Of a DNA stretch of 64,000 nucleotides, positions 39,175-49,343 are shown piece after piece; the stretch's first letter is position 1, and every line of letters begins with the position of its first letter. The stretch lies in NCBI GenBank assembly GCA_965226375.1, contig CBDDCX010000007.1, positions 384,001-448,000 of the forward strand, read 5' to 3'. The DNA is from Longimicrobiales bacterium (GTDB taxonomy: Bacteria > Gemmatimonadota > Gemmatimonadetes > Longimicrobiales > Gaopeijiaceae). The position numbers and the translations under genes are program-made. Under the pieces are notes generated by a model. The model saw only the letters and a program-made list of their open reading frames with translations, was not told the DNA's origin and made no database searches.

Positions 39175-41466
39175 GTGACCTCGAACGCCGAAGGTTCCAC
39201 CCCAGGAGCCCCCGCCTTCGCCCGAACCCTCGGGCTCTTCGACGCGACCATGATCGGAGTCGGTGCCATGATCGGCGCCGGTATCTTCGTGCTCACCGGC
39301 ATCGCCGCGGGCGTGTCCGGGCCGGCCTCCATCCTCGCGTTCGCCCTGAACGGAGCGGTGACCTTGCTCACCGCCTTCGCATACGCCGAGCTCGCCACGG
39401 CTATCCCGGAGGCCGGGGGCGGATACGCCTACGTACGCCGTGCCTTCCCCGGTGCCGTCGGGTTCACGGCGGGCTGGATGCTGTGGTTCGCCTATACAGT
39501 GGCATGCAGCCTCTACGCCCTCGGGTTCGCCGGCTACTTCTGGGAGTTCTTCATAAAGTACCTGCCCGGCCTCGCCGACGGTGTTTTCGGAGTCGTCGGA
39601 GAGAACGGGGCCATCCTCCTCGTCACACTTCTCGTGGGCGTGGTCTTCGTTCGGCTGAACGCGCGGGGAGCGGAGGTCACTGGGAAAGCCGAAAACGTCC
39701 TCACGGTCACCAAGCTATGCGTTCTCGCCATCTTCATCGTCTATGGGCTCCGGCGAGTCTTCGAGGAACCGGGACAAGCGGCGGCCAGCTTCAGTCCGTT
39801 CTTTCCGGAGGGAATGGGCGGCGTGATCGTCGCGATGGGTCTCACCTTCATCGCCTTCGAAGGATACGACCTGATCGCAACGGTCGCCGAGGAGATCAAG
39901 GAACCGGAGAAGAACATCCCGCGGGCGACGTTCATCTGCCTGGGCATCACGATGGTGATGTATCTCCTGATCCTGTTCGTGTCGCTTGCGGCGGTGAGGC
40001 CGCCGGACGGACGACCCTCATGGCAGTTAATGGGCGACTACGGAGAGACGGCCATCGTGCGGGCGGCCGAGGGGTTCATGCCGGCGTTCGGAGTGGCGAT
40101 CATCGTCTTCGGCGGATTGCTCTCCACCATGTCGGCGCTGAACGCAACGGTCCTGGCGTCATCACGGGTAGCCTTCTCCATGGGTCGGGATCGCCTTCTG
40201 CCGGTGTCCATGGCGACGATCCATCCGGAGCGCCGGACCCCGCACATCGCCATCATAGTCACCGGGGTGATCCTGTTGGCCATGGCGTTGACGCTGCCCA
40301 TCGAGGCGTTAGGCTCGGCGGCAAGCCTCATCTTTCTCCTGACCTTTGCCATGGTGAACCTCTCGGTGATCACCTTGCGGAGAAAAGCACCGGAGCTCCG
40401 GCGCCGCTACAAGGTTCCGTTCTATCCTGTCCTACCCATTCTCGGGATCGTTCTGAACCTGTACCTGGCGGTCTACCAGTTCACGTTCCAGCCGCTGGCT
40501 TGGTACGTGACCGGCGGGTGGATATTGATCGGTTTGTTCCTCTACTACAGCTACTTCGAGAAGCAGGCTGCTGGAATCCGTCCACAGATACTCGAGCCTC
40601 GGCGACCCGCCGAGCCGGTCGCACACGAGACGGTTGTGGTGCCCCTGCACAACCCAGACCACGTACCTGTCCTACTGGATTATGCCGAGCCCCTCGCTCG
40701 AGCACGCGGTCTCAGCACGACGGCCCTCTCGGTAGTCAACGTGCCCAGGCAGCTCCCCATTCACGAGGGGCTCCGCTTTGCCCATCATCGAGAAGCGCTG
40801 CTCAAGAAGGGCCGGGAGTACGCGGTGTCTAAAGGTGTGGAACTGGAGACCGACCTGGTGGTGGCCCACCATCCGCATGACGGGATCCTGGCGGGTGCCC
40901 GCCGGAGTGGAGCCGACCTGCTGGTCATGGGCTGGAAGGGGTTCACGGACACGAGTGATCGGATCTTCGGTGAGGTCGCCGACCAGGTGATCCGTAACGC
41001 TCCCTGTGACCTGGCACTGCTCAAGGTCGCCGACACGGAGTTGCCCAAGCGTTGCCTTTTCCCGACATCCGGGGGAGCCCACGCCCTTCTGGCGGCGGAG
41101 TTCCTCAACGTGCTCGCCCCCGCCTTCGACATGACCGTGACGGCGTGCCATATCGTGGCCCCTGACGCCTCCCTCGAGGAGCGGGCCGAGGCCGAGCGGT
41201 GGATCGACAAGACGTTGTCCCGTATGGGGCCCGATGTTCGAGTCGACCGACTCCTCATTGAAGGGAAGACCATCGCGGGCGGAATCGCCCGGGCTAGTAA
41301 GGACTTCGACTTGGTGGTGTTGGGCGCGGCGCGGGAGCCATTCTTTCGTCAGGTCCTTTTCGGTGAGATTCCCGAGAAGGTGGCCCGGTACTCACCGGCA
41401 TCGGTGCTGGTGGTAAAACAGTACGAGGGTCATGTTCGCTCGCTCTTCAAGCGAGTGTTTGGCTGA
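39175..41466 (+). CDS. APC-family amino acid permease fused to two universal-stress-protein (USP) domains
   Basis: GAMIGAGIF, YAEL..AIPEAGGGY, FIAFEGYD, ~12 TMs; C-terminal DLLVMGW..IFGEVADQV and DLVVLGA..LFGEIPEKV. Confidence 0.9.
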   Translation: MTSNAEGSTPGAPAFARTLGLFDATMIGVGAMIGAGIFVLTGIAAGVSGPASILAFALNGAVTLLTAFAYAELATAIPEAGGGYAYVRRAFPGAVGFTAGWMLWFAYTVACSLYALGFAGYFWEFFIKYLPGLADGVFGVVGENGAILLVTLLVGVVFVRLNARGAEVTGKAENVLTVTKLCVLAIFIVYGLRRVFEEPGQAAASFSPFFPEGMGGVIVAMGLTFIAFEGYDLIATVAEEIKEPEKNIPRATFICLGITMVMYLLILFVSLAAVRPPDGRPSWQLMGDYGETAIVRAAEGFMPAFGVAIIVFGGLLSTMSALNATVLASSRVAFSMGRDRLLPVSMATIHPERRTPHIAIIVTGVILLAMALTLPIEALGSAASLIFLLTFAMVNLSVITLRRKAPELRRRYKVPFYPVLPILGIVLNLYLAVYQFTFQPLAWYVTGGWILIGLFLYYSYFEKQAAGIRPQILEPRRPAEPVAHETVVVPLHNPDHVPVLLDYAEPLARARGLSTTALSVVNVPRQLPIHEGLRFAHHREALLKKGREYAVSKGVELETDLVVAHHPHDGILAGARRSGADLLVMGWKGFTDTSDRIFGEVADQVIRNAPCDLALLKVADTELPKRCLFPTSGGAHALLAAEFLNVLAPAFDMTVTACHIVAPDASLEERAEAERWIDKTLSRMGPDVRVDRLLIEGKTIAGGIARASKDFDLVVLGAAREPFFRQVLFGEIPEKVARYSPASVLVVKQYEGHVRSLFKRVFG

Positions 41467-41538
41467 TCGGGTGCGGTACTCCACCGTTCGTCCCGACCGC
41501 TCGAGTGGGCCGCGAGCGACACGCCTAGGTCGCGTCCG

Positions 41539-42948
41539 ATGACGTTCCGCTCGGAGCTCCCGCGCAAGGTCGTGCACATCACGATGGGGGGCTTTGCCCT
41601 GTTGTTGCGGTGGCTGACGCCCTGGCAGGCCGTTCTGATGGCCGTGGCCGCTCTCGCGCTCAACTTTTTCTTTCTCCACAGCCTGACCGGGGGGAGGTTG
41701 CTGCGGCCCGAGGAGCGGGTAAAGAACTTCTCCCCCGGTGTCGTGATCTATCCCGCCGCCCTACTCGGCGTTTTCGTGATCTTCCAATCGCGTCTGGAGT
41801 TGGCCGCCGGGATCTGGGCGCTCCTGGCGGTGGGCGACGGCATGGCCACGCTTTCGGGCCTGGCCCTCGGTGGTCCCCGGCTGCCGTGGAACAAGAAGAA
41901 GACGTGGTCGGGGCTCACGGCCTTTGTCCTCTTCGGAACGGCCGCAGGCGCGTTCTTGATTCGGTGGACGCAGCTGGCCCGCGGCTCTTCCGCCCTATGG
42001 CCCGAGATCGACGTGACGTGGGTCGGTCCGTCGTTCTTCTCCGGCGGGCTCGTCGACGAAGGGACCATCACGTTTCTGCCCCTCGGTTGCCTGGCGGCGG
42101 CCGCTGCGGCTGCTGTGGCCGAGTCGCTGGAGAGCAGTATAGACGATAACATACTCGTGCCGTTGGTGGGTGGTGGGGTGCTCTCACTGTCCACCCTCGT
42201 CATCCCGTCTCAACTCGCTGAGAATGCTACCGTGCTTGCGTCCGGGTTGGCGTGGGGGCTCTCCGTCACCGCGCCATTCACGGTGTTGGCGTACGGGATC
42301 GGGTCCGTTGATCGTAGCGGTGCCGTTGGCGGCCTTTTGATGGGCACGCTCCTCTACGCCATAGCGGGTTGGCCGGGCTACGGCCTCTTGATTCTGTTGG
42401 TCGTCAGTGGGGTGGGCGTGACGCGCTTGGGTCATTCCCGCAAGGCAGCTCTTGGCATCGCTCAGGAGAGGGGCGGACGGAGGAGGGCGGGGAGCGCCCT
42501 GGCCAACACGGGTGCAGCGGTGGCCTTTGGCTTTTTGGCGGTGGCGACACCTTTTCCGGATCTGTTCGCGCTGGCCATGGCGGGGGCCTTTGCCACGGCG
42601 CTTTTCGACACTACGGCCTCGGAGTTCGGTAAGGCGTTCGGGAGACGGCACCACCTTGTCACCCTTCGATCTGTTCCGGCCGGTACGGACGGAGCCGTCT
42701 CCCTAGAAGGGACGGTCGCCGGTGTCGTGGCTGGGGTTGTGATGGCGCTACTCGCCTGGGCCCTCGGTCTGGTCACGATGGTCGGGGCGATGGCGGTGGT
42801 GATCGGCGCCTTCTGCGGATCCATGGTGGAGTCGTTGATCAGCGCCCTGATTCGAGGACGCACCGGATCCGACAAGGAGCTCCTCAACCTGGCCAATACC
42901 GTGGTGGGTGCCGCCGTCTCCGTGGCCCTAGTGGTCGCCTTCTTCTAG
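41539..42948 (+). CDS. Membrane protein: polyprenol/phytol-kinase-like (SEC59/DGK1/VTE5) domain fused to DUF92 (TMEM19-like) domain
   Basis: RKVVHITMG, VGDGMATLSG, KKTWSG, DDN; then ERGGRR..SALANTG, DTTASEFG, VPAGTDGAVSLEGT. Confidence 0.75.
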   Translation: MTFRSELPRKVVHITMGGFALLLRWLTPWQAVLMAVAALALNFFFLHSLTGGRLLRPEERVKNFSPGVVIYPAALLGVFVIFQSRLELAAGIWALLAVGDGMATLSGLALGGPRLPWNKKKTWSGLTAFVLFGTAAGAFLIRWTQLARGSSALWPEIDVTWVGPSFFSGGLVDEGTITFLPLGCLAAAAAAAVAESLESSIDDNILVPLVGGGVLSLSTLVIPSQLAENATVLASGLAWGLSVTAPFTVLAYGIGSVDRSGAVGGLLMGTLLYAIAGWPGYGLLILLVVSGVGVTRLGHSRKAALGIAQERGGRRRAGSALANTGAAVAFGFLAVATPFPDLFALAMAGAFATALFDTTASEFGKAFGRRHHLVTLRSVPAGTDGAVSLEGTVAGVVAGVVMALLAWALGLVTMVGAMAVVIGAFCGSMVESLISALIRGRTGSDKELLNLANTVVGAAVSVALVVAFF

Positions 42949-43166
42949 TGCGCAGCCACTACATTCCCCGATCCACGGCGGGGTGGATCACGCTCCTCGC
43001 TTTCCTGGCCCTCATGGCACTGGCCCAGCCCCCCATCGTGTATTGGGTAGACGTGTTATTCAGCGGGACTTGGGTACTCGGCCTGCCGTTCCTCTACGTC
43101 TACCTCGGCGTCATCTACTTCGCCCTCATCGGCGTTCTCCTCTTGGCACTTCGGAAGAAGGTCTGA
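42948..43166 (+). CDS. Small two-TM protein, probable accessory subunit of the downstream symporter
   Basis: 72 aa, LGLPFLYVY, directly upstream of an SSS gene; start overlaps the preceding stop. Confidence 0.7.
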   Translation: MRSHYIPRSTAGWITLLAFLALMALAQPPIVYWVDVLFSGTWVLGLPFLYVYLGVIYFALIGVLLLALRKKV

Positions 43167-43169
43167 AGC

Positions 43170-44675
43170 GTGGAGACCTGGGTCGTCGCAACCGGTCTCA
43201 TCTTTGCGTACATCCTAATCACGATCGTCCTCGGATTCCTGGCGAACCGCGCCATGTCCGTGGACCTGGAGGACTTCCTGCTCTACGGCCGGAAAGCCGG
43301 GTTCGTGGTCCTCTACCTCACGGTGGTGGCCAGTTATCACTCGGCGTTCGCGTTCCTCGGATCTGGCGGTTTCTTCTACACGCATGGGATCGGCTTCTGG
43401 GAAGCCGGAACGTGGACGATCATGGTGGGTGCGATCACCTATACGCTCGGCGTCCGCATCTGGGTGCTGGGCAAGCGCTTCGGTTACATCACGCCCGCCG
43501 ACATGTTGGCCGACTTCTACGAGAGTGAATCGGTCCGAGTGGTGGTGGCCCTCGTTTCGGTTCTCTTCACGGTCCTGTACATCCAGGTCCAGGCGCAAGG
43601 GCTTGGATATATCATTTCGGTGGCGTCCGGCGACCGCATCTCGTTCGAGGTGGGAACGCTCATCTTGCTCATCGTAGCGGGCGGATACCTCATGGCGGGA
43701 GGACTCAGAGCGGTCTACTGGACCGACGTGATCCAGGGCGTGTGGATGTATGTGGCCGTGTGGGTAGGTGCCCTCGTTCTGGCCGAGAGGCTCTTTGGGG
43801 GTCCTCTGGCTCTTTGGCGCAGGGTGGCCGAGGAACGCCCGGATCTGTTGCGGTTGCCCGGGCCCGAGGGCTTCTTTACGCCTGGCATGTGGGTGGGCAT
43901 GACGGTGGCTCTGTCCTTCGGGATCGTGCTTCAGCCCCACATGATGATCCGCTACTACACGGCGACGTCTGGGCGGGTGATCAAGTGGCTCGGCGCCACC
44001 ACACCCATCTTCCTCATGACCCTGTACATCCCGGCCGCTCTGGTCGGGATGGGTGGGGCCATCATCATGCCGGATCTGGCGACTCCCGACCGTATCTTTC
44101 CCGAGCTGCTGGTCCTGTACGCCCCGGCGTGGCTAACGGGCCTGATTCTGGCCGGGGCCACCGCGGCCGCCATGTCCACGTTGGACTCCATACTCCACGC
44201 AAACATGACGGTGCTCACCCGGGACGTATACCAGCGATATGTGGCTCCGAACCGCGACGCCGGCCACTACCTGTGGGTAGGACGGGGGATCGTGCTGGGA
44301 CTCCTGGTGGTGGGATACGTGCTGTCCGTAAACACCTTCAGCTTCCTAGTGACCCTTGTGACGCTCTCGGGGGCGGGAGCGCTACAGCTTCTCCCGGGGA
44401 CCTTGGGCGTGTGTTATCCTACACGTCGACCGTTCAGCAGGGTAGGGGTGCTCGCGGGCATCGGCGTGGGGATGATGGTGCTTTATTGGACCCTGGCCAT
44501 CGTACCCCACCCAGCCGGTGTACACGGGGCCATCTGGTCCTTGGCGGCCAACTTCGTGACGTGCATCGTGGTGTCGAGATTCACGGCACCGCCTTCGATC
44601 GAGACCGTGAATCGCATTCATGGCGCCCTGGAGGATTACGTGTACGGGTCCGGCGACGAGGGCCTGGGCGTCTAA
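43170..44675 (+). CDS. Sodium:solute symporter (SSS) family protein
   Basis: SAFAFLGSGG, GGLRAVYWTDVIQG, AAAMSTLDS, ~13 TMs. Confidence 0.92.
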   Translation: METWVVATGLIFAYILITIVLGFLANRAMSVDLEDFLLYGRKAGFVVLYLTVVASYHSAFAFLGSGGFFYTHGIGFWEAGTWTIMVGAITYTLGVRIWVLGKRFGYITPADMLADFYESESVRVVVALVSVLFTVLYIQVQAQGLGYIISVASGDRISFEVGTLILLIVAGGYLMAGGLRAVYWTDVIQGVWMYVAVWVGALVLAERLFGGPLALWRRVAEERPDLLRLPGPEGFFTPGMWVGMTVALSFGIVLQPHMMIRYYTATSGRVIKWLGATTPIFLMTLYIPAALVGMGGAIIMPDLATPDRIFPELLVLYAPAWLTGLILAGATAAAMSTLDSILHANMTVLTRDVYQRYVAPNRDAGHYLWVGRGIVLGLLVVGYVLSVNTFSFLVTLVTLSGAGALQLLPGTLGVCYPTRRPFSRVGVLAGIGVGMMVLYWTLAIVPHPAGVHGAIWSLAANFVTCIVVSRFTAPPSIETVNRIHGALEDYVYGSGDEGLGV

Positions 44676-44684
44676 CCCGGTGCC

Positions 44685-47045
44685 TCAGCCTGCCGCCAAC
44701 GCCTCACGAAGCATACGCTGGGTCAGCTCGGGATCGGCGGCGCCTTTCGTCTCGCTCATCACCTGTCCGACGAAGAACCCGAGCAAACCGGTCTTGCCGC
44801 TCCGGTACGCTTCGACCTTGTCGGGATGGCGCTCCATGACCGCGGCGACCAACGGCCCCAGGGCTGAGGCGTCCCTCACCTGTCCCAGGCCCCGCTCCTT
44901 GATAATGCCGGCAGGATCACCACCTTCGGTAGCGAGGATCGTCAGAACGTCCTTCGCCGCTCGCCCGGAAACCGCCCCGCTCGAGACGAGATCCACCAGT
45001 GTGCCCAGCTCGGCCCCGCCGAACGGTAGATCCGCGATCGGTCGTGCCTCCCGGATCCGTGGCACCTCGTTTACGACCCACTTTGCCAGGAGCGCGGGCT
45101 CGCCGGTATGATCCGTGGCGGCCCGGAACAACTCCAGCAGCTCGGCATTCTGAGCCAGCACCGAGGCCTCTGCCTCTGAGAGGCCGGACTTGGACATGAG
45201 CGCGTCGTAGATTCGTCCGGCTTCGGAGTCGTCGGGGCGTGCGGCGCGCCGTGCCGGAGACGGGTCTCCCCGTGCAGGCTGCCAGGTGCTTGTTCGTGAC
45301 TCCGTCCTCGTCGTGACCTCTCCTTCAGAGCTCGAAGCTGACGCTTCCCGTGCCTTCGCCCAACTGTCGCGGAGGGTGACCGTGCGGTTGAACACCAACT
45401 TGTCCCGCTTCGAGTCCACCGAATCGGGCACGAAGTATCCCGTCCGCTCGAACTGATACGGGCCGTCGGATTTACTCGCGGCCACGCTGGGCTCGATCCG
45501 GCTCTCGGTAAGCACCACCAGTGACTCGGGATTGAGATGCACGGTGAAGTCCTCACCCTCGTCCACATCTTCGGGGTCGGCCTTGATGAAGAGCCGGTCG
45601 TACAGGCGCACTTCAACGGGCAGTGACTCGGAAGCGGAGACCCAGTGGATCGTCCCCTTTACCTTGCGGCCTTCCGGTGTGTTGCCGCTTCGGGTCTCGG
45701 GGTCGTAGGTGCAGTGAACTTCCGTGACATCTCCAGCTTCGTCTTTGATCACGTCCACACAACGAACCACGTACCCATAACGGAGGCGGACCTCTTCACC
45801 CGGGATCAATCTCTTGAAGCCCTTCGGAGGGTCCTCCTCGAAGTCGCTCCTCTCTATGTACACCTCACGGGTGAACGGGATAGGGCGGGCCCCCTCCTTG
45901 CCCACGTCCTTGGGAAAGTACGGCGCATCCAGCGCTTCGACGTCTCCCTCCGGATAGTTGACGATGACGATCTTCAGGGGTCGCAGCACACACATGACCC
46001 TCGGCGCCTGATGGTTGAGCTCGTCGCGGATCGCGTACTCGAGCTTCGCGACATCGACCCGGTTCTCGGTCTTGGCCACCCCGATCATGTCACAGAAGGT
46101 GCGGAGAGCCTTGGGCGGCACGCCTCTTCGTCGCATCCCGGCAACGGTGGGCATTCGCGGGTCATCCCACCCCGACACATGCCCGTCGGTCACCAGCGTC
46201 AGCAACATGCGCTTGCTTAGCACAGTGTAGTCGAGGTTGAGCCGGGCCATCTCGTACTGACGAGGATGGGGACGCGGCACTTCCAGGTTGTCCAGAACCC
46301 AGTCGTAGAGTTCACGATTGTTCTCGAACTCCAACGTACAGACCGAGTGGGTAATGCCCTCGATCGAATCGGAGAGACAGTGCGTAAAGTCGTAGAGGGG
46401 ATAGATGCACCAATCCCCCCCTGTCCGGTAATGATCGGCATGCCGAATGCGATAGAGGACCGGGTCACGCATGAGCATGTTGTTCGCGGCCATGTCGATT
46501 CGGGCTCGCAGAACGTGTTCACCGTCTCCGAACTCTCCGGCTCGCATACGGCCGAAGAGATCGAGGTTCTCCTCCACCGTACGATCCCTGAACGGGCTTT
46601 CCTTGCCGGGCTCGCCCACGGTGCCGCGGTACTCGCGAATTCCCTCCCCGCTCAAGCTGTCCACATAAGCCTTGCCCGCCCGAATCAACTCGGTCGCGTA
46701 CTCGTACAGGCGCTCGAAATAGTCCGACGCAAAATAGAGGTGCTCTCCCCAATCGAACCCGAGCCAGCGGACGTCCGCTTGAATCGAGCGAACGTATAGT
46801 TCGTCCTCGGTCTCCGGGTTGGTATCGTCGAAGCGGAGATGTGTGACGCCCCCATGGTCGGCGGCGGCGCCGAAGTTGAGGCAAATCGACTTGGCGTGAC
46901 CAATGTGGAGATATCCATTGGGCTCCGGAGGAAAGCGAGTAACTACGGCTCCCCCGTGCTTGCCCGAACCTACGTCTTCGGCGATGATGGCGCGGACGAA
47001 ATCCCGCCCGGGGCTTGGAACGGATGGGTTCTTGTGTTTAGTCAT
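44685..47045 (-). CDS. glnS: Glutamine--tRNA ligase with C-terminal GatB/YqeY domain
   Basis: [41 protein letters not shown]-terminal [20 protein letters not shown]. Confidence 0.96.
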   Translation of the reverse strand: MTKHKNPSVPSPGRDFVRAIIAEDVGSGKHGGAVVTRFPPEPNGYLHIGHAKSICLNFGAAADHGGVTHLRFDDTNPETEDELYVRSIQADVRWLGFDWGEHLYFASDYFERLYEYATELIRAGKAYVDSLSGEGIREYRGTVGEPGKESPFRDRTVEENLDLFGRMRAGEFGDGEHVLRARIDMAANNMLMRDPVLYRIRHADHYRTGGDWCIYPLYDFTHCLSDSIEGITHSVCTLEFENNRELYDWVLDNLEVPRPHPRQYEMARLNLDYTVLSKRMLLTLVTDGHVSGWDDPRMPTVAGMRRRGVPPKALRTFCDMIGVAKTENRVDVAKLEYAIRDELNHQAPRVMCVLRPLKIVIVNYPEGDVEALDAPYFPKDVGKEGARPIPFTREVYIERSDFEEDPPKGFKRLIPGEEVRLRYGYVVRCVDVIKDEAGDVTEVHCTYDPETRSGNTPEGRKVKGTIHWVSASESLPVEVRLYDRLFIKADPEDVDEGEDFTVHLNPESLVVLTESRIEPSVAASKSDGPYQFERTGYFVPDSVDSKRDKLVFNRTVTLRDSWAKAREASASSSEGEVTTRTESRTSTWQPARGDPSPARRAARPDDSEAGRIYDALMSKSGLSEAEASVLAQNAELLELFRAATDHTGEPALLAKWVVNEVPRIREARPIADLPFGGAELGTLVDLVSSGAVSGRAAKDVLTILATEGGDPAGIIKERGLGQVRDASALGPLVAAVMERHPDKVEAYRSGKTGLLGFFVGQVMSETKGAADPELTQRMLREALAAG

Positions 47046-47214
47046 GAAGCATCGGACGGGTCCGCCCCGGCACCCGGGTTCACGCGTGTGAAGCGCGGTT
47101 CTTTTCCAAATTCGTGGATCCAGGGGAGTCTAACCCCGGTATCATCAATGGGTTCACGGGGAATCATGGGAACGTGTGGAAGGAGTTGCTTAAGGGTTCC
47201 GATGCGGAGGGTTC

Positions 47215-48843
47215 GTGAGAATCACGAGGTCGAAGGGGTTCGTAACTTGGGTCACGGTGGTCGCTGCTCTGGTGGTGGGCGGCGCCGCGGGAACGTCGCC
47301 GCGAGGAGCGGACTCCCCTCTGCCGCCTCAGGCGACTCCCAAACTCGTAGTCCTGGTAGTGGTGGATCAACTCCGCGGCGACTTGCTGCCAGCATATTCC
47401 GCCGCGTTCAGCGGGGGATTTCGTAAGCTCCTCGATGGAGGATTCCGCTTCACCCGGGCGACTCACAACCACGCCGTGACCTCAACCGCGCCCGGACACG
47501 CTACGATCTCGACCGGCGTGCACCCGTCCAAGCACCGCATGGTCGCGAATGAATGGTATGAGATCGAAGACGGCCAACTGGTGCCCGCGTTCTCCGTGGG
47601 AGACTCGTTGGCGCCGATCCTCGGGTATAGCGGCTATCGGGGACGCTCCTCCGCCCACCTCGAACGGGAGGGACTCGCCGACTGGATCGAAGCCGCTGAC
47701 GACGATGCGCGCATCGTGTCCATCTCACGAAAGGACGTGGCGGCCATCAATCTTGCCGGGAAAACAAAGGGGGAGGTGTATTGGCTCCTCCAGGAATTCG
47801 GAAAGTTTGCCACCTCTGAATTCTACGCTGACCGCTATCCCCGTTGGATCACGCGCTTCAACCGAGACGTCCTCCCGGACGTATACTCCGATACCATCTG
47901 GGAAAGCCAGATTCCTGAAGACCTACTCCATCTCACCAGGCCCGACACATCGATGTGGGAGGGTGCCCCTGGACAGAGCGCCTTTCCGCATCTTCCCCGG
48001 GCGGAGCTGGCCCGGGAGGGCGAAAGGGGTCTGAACAGTTGGCGGCACGGGACTCCCTTTCCCGATAAGGCGGTGCTTCACCTGGCCATGGAAGCCATCG
48101 ACGAGCGAAAGCTTGGACAACGCCGTGAAGTCGATTTCTTGGCGCTCTCCTTCTCACAGACCGACGCCATGGGCCACGGCTACGGTCCGTGGAGTCGCGA
48201 GCAGCTGGACAATCTGATCCGGCTCGATGGACTGCTCGGGCAGCTCATGGCGTTTCTCGACGAGGAGGTGGGCGAGGATAACTGGGTAATGGCCCTGACC
48301 AGTGATCACGGGGTGTCGGACATTCCCGAGCTCCGCGACGATCCGGTGGCGCGCCTCGTCGTCGATGATGTCCGCGAGGTTCTGCAGACAGCCCAACAGG
48401 CCCTGACCGACCAAGGAACTGACGGTGATGTTGCTCGACGGCTCGTTGAAGCGCTCGAGCCGCTCCCGAGTATTCGCCGGGTATTCACGTTCGCAGAGCT
48501 CGAGGTGGACCAGCCGGCCGACTCGTTCGCCCAGTTCTACGCGAACTCCCACGTACCCGAGCGCCCAGTAAACCAGCTCGCGCGATACGGCGTCTACCTA
48601 CTGTGGACGCCGCACTCCCTGGTGGCTCCTTCCTGGCTGACACGTCGCGTCGGCACGGATCACCGCTCGGCGTACTACTTCGACCGATGGGTGCCGCTGA
48701 TGTTTTACGGGGCGGGTGTCGAAGCGGGTTCCTTCGAAGGCGCTGCTGCTACAGTGGACGTGGCGCCCACGCTGGCGGCACTGGCAGGGATCTCGACTCC
48801 CGACGATCTCGACGGCGAGGTCCTGATCCCAGGGGTGCCCTGA
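47215..48843 (+). CDS. Exported alkaline-phosphatase-superfamily enzyme (PafA-like)
   Basis: VVVDQLR, TAPGHATISTG (Thr nucleophile), TDAMGH.YGP, TSDHG, DVAPTLA. Confidence 0.88.
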   Translation: MRITRSKGFVTWVTVVAALVVGGAAGTSPRGADSPLPPQATPKLVVLVVVDQLRGDLLPAYSAAFSGGFRKLLDGGFRFTRATHNHAVTSTAPGHATISTGVHPSKHRMVANEWYEIEDGQLVPAFSVGDSLAPILGYSGYRGRSSAHLEREGLADWIEAADDDARIVSISRKDVAAINLAGKTKGEVYWLLQEFGKFATSEFYADRYPRWITRFNRDVLPDVYSDTIWESQIPEDLLHLTRPDTSMWEGAPGQSAFPHLPRAELAREGERGLNSWRHGTPFPDKAVLHLAMEAIDERKLGQRREVDFLALSFSQTDAMGHGYGPWSREQLDNLIRLDGLLGQLMAFLDEEVGEDNWVMALTSDHGVSDIPELRDDPVARLVVDDVREVLQTAQQALTDQGTDGDVARRLVEALEPLPSIRRVFTFAELEVDQPADSFAQFYANSHVPERPVNQLARYGVYLLWTPHSLVAPSWLTRRVGTDHRSAYYFDRWVPLMFYGAGVEAGSFEGAAATVDVAPTLAALAGISTPDDLDGEVLIPGVP

Positions 48844-48945
48844 TGCGGGAGGATAGCGACACGGTAGACTCCGCATCGGTTCCCACGTACGCGAAAGCCC
48901 CCATGGAATTCATGGGGGGCCTCCCGGAAACGCTTCGAGAGGGCG

Positions 48946-49173
48946 CTATGCGATTCGGCGGTCGCCGTTTCGGCGAACCTCCGCACGGCGCAAGGAACCG
49001 GCGCGTCGGACGGAGCCTGCGCGGCGGATGTCCGCGCGCTGCTCACTATCTACCGAAGCCTCGCTGATACGACGGTTCCAGATGCGGCGCCCCTTGCCGA
49101 TACGTCTCTCATCATCGTCGCGTTTGTCGGGTCCTCGGCGTGCTACGTTGCGACGTTCGCTCTGAACTTCCAT
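48946..49173 (-). CDS. Small Arg-rich protein with repeated (D/E)RR / RRxxxRR motifs
   Basis: MEVQSERRNVARRGPDKRDDDERRIGKGRRIWNRR...DRRIA; start uncertain. Confidence 0.5.
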   Translation of the reverse strand: MEVQSERRNVARRGPDKRDDDERRIGKGRRIWNRRISEASVDSEQRADIRRAGSVRRAGSLRRAEVRRNGDRRIA

Positions 49174-49343
49174 CCATCTCGTTCCTGTCTGGGGGGACAA
49201 CGAGTCCAATCCTCGGGCTAGGTACATTACCGTTCCTCATTAAAGATGGGAACGGGCCGGGTATTCTGTCCAGCATCTTCACGACATTGGTACTGGCCAG
49301 GCCACGGCCCGCGCCGCGCCTTTCCGGTGCGCGACCGGTGTTA

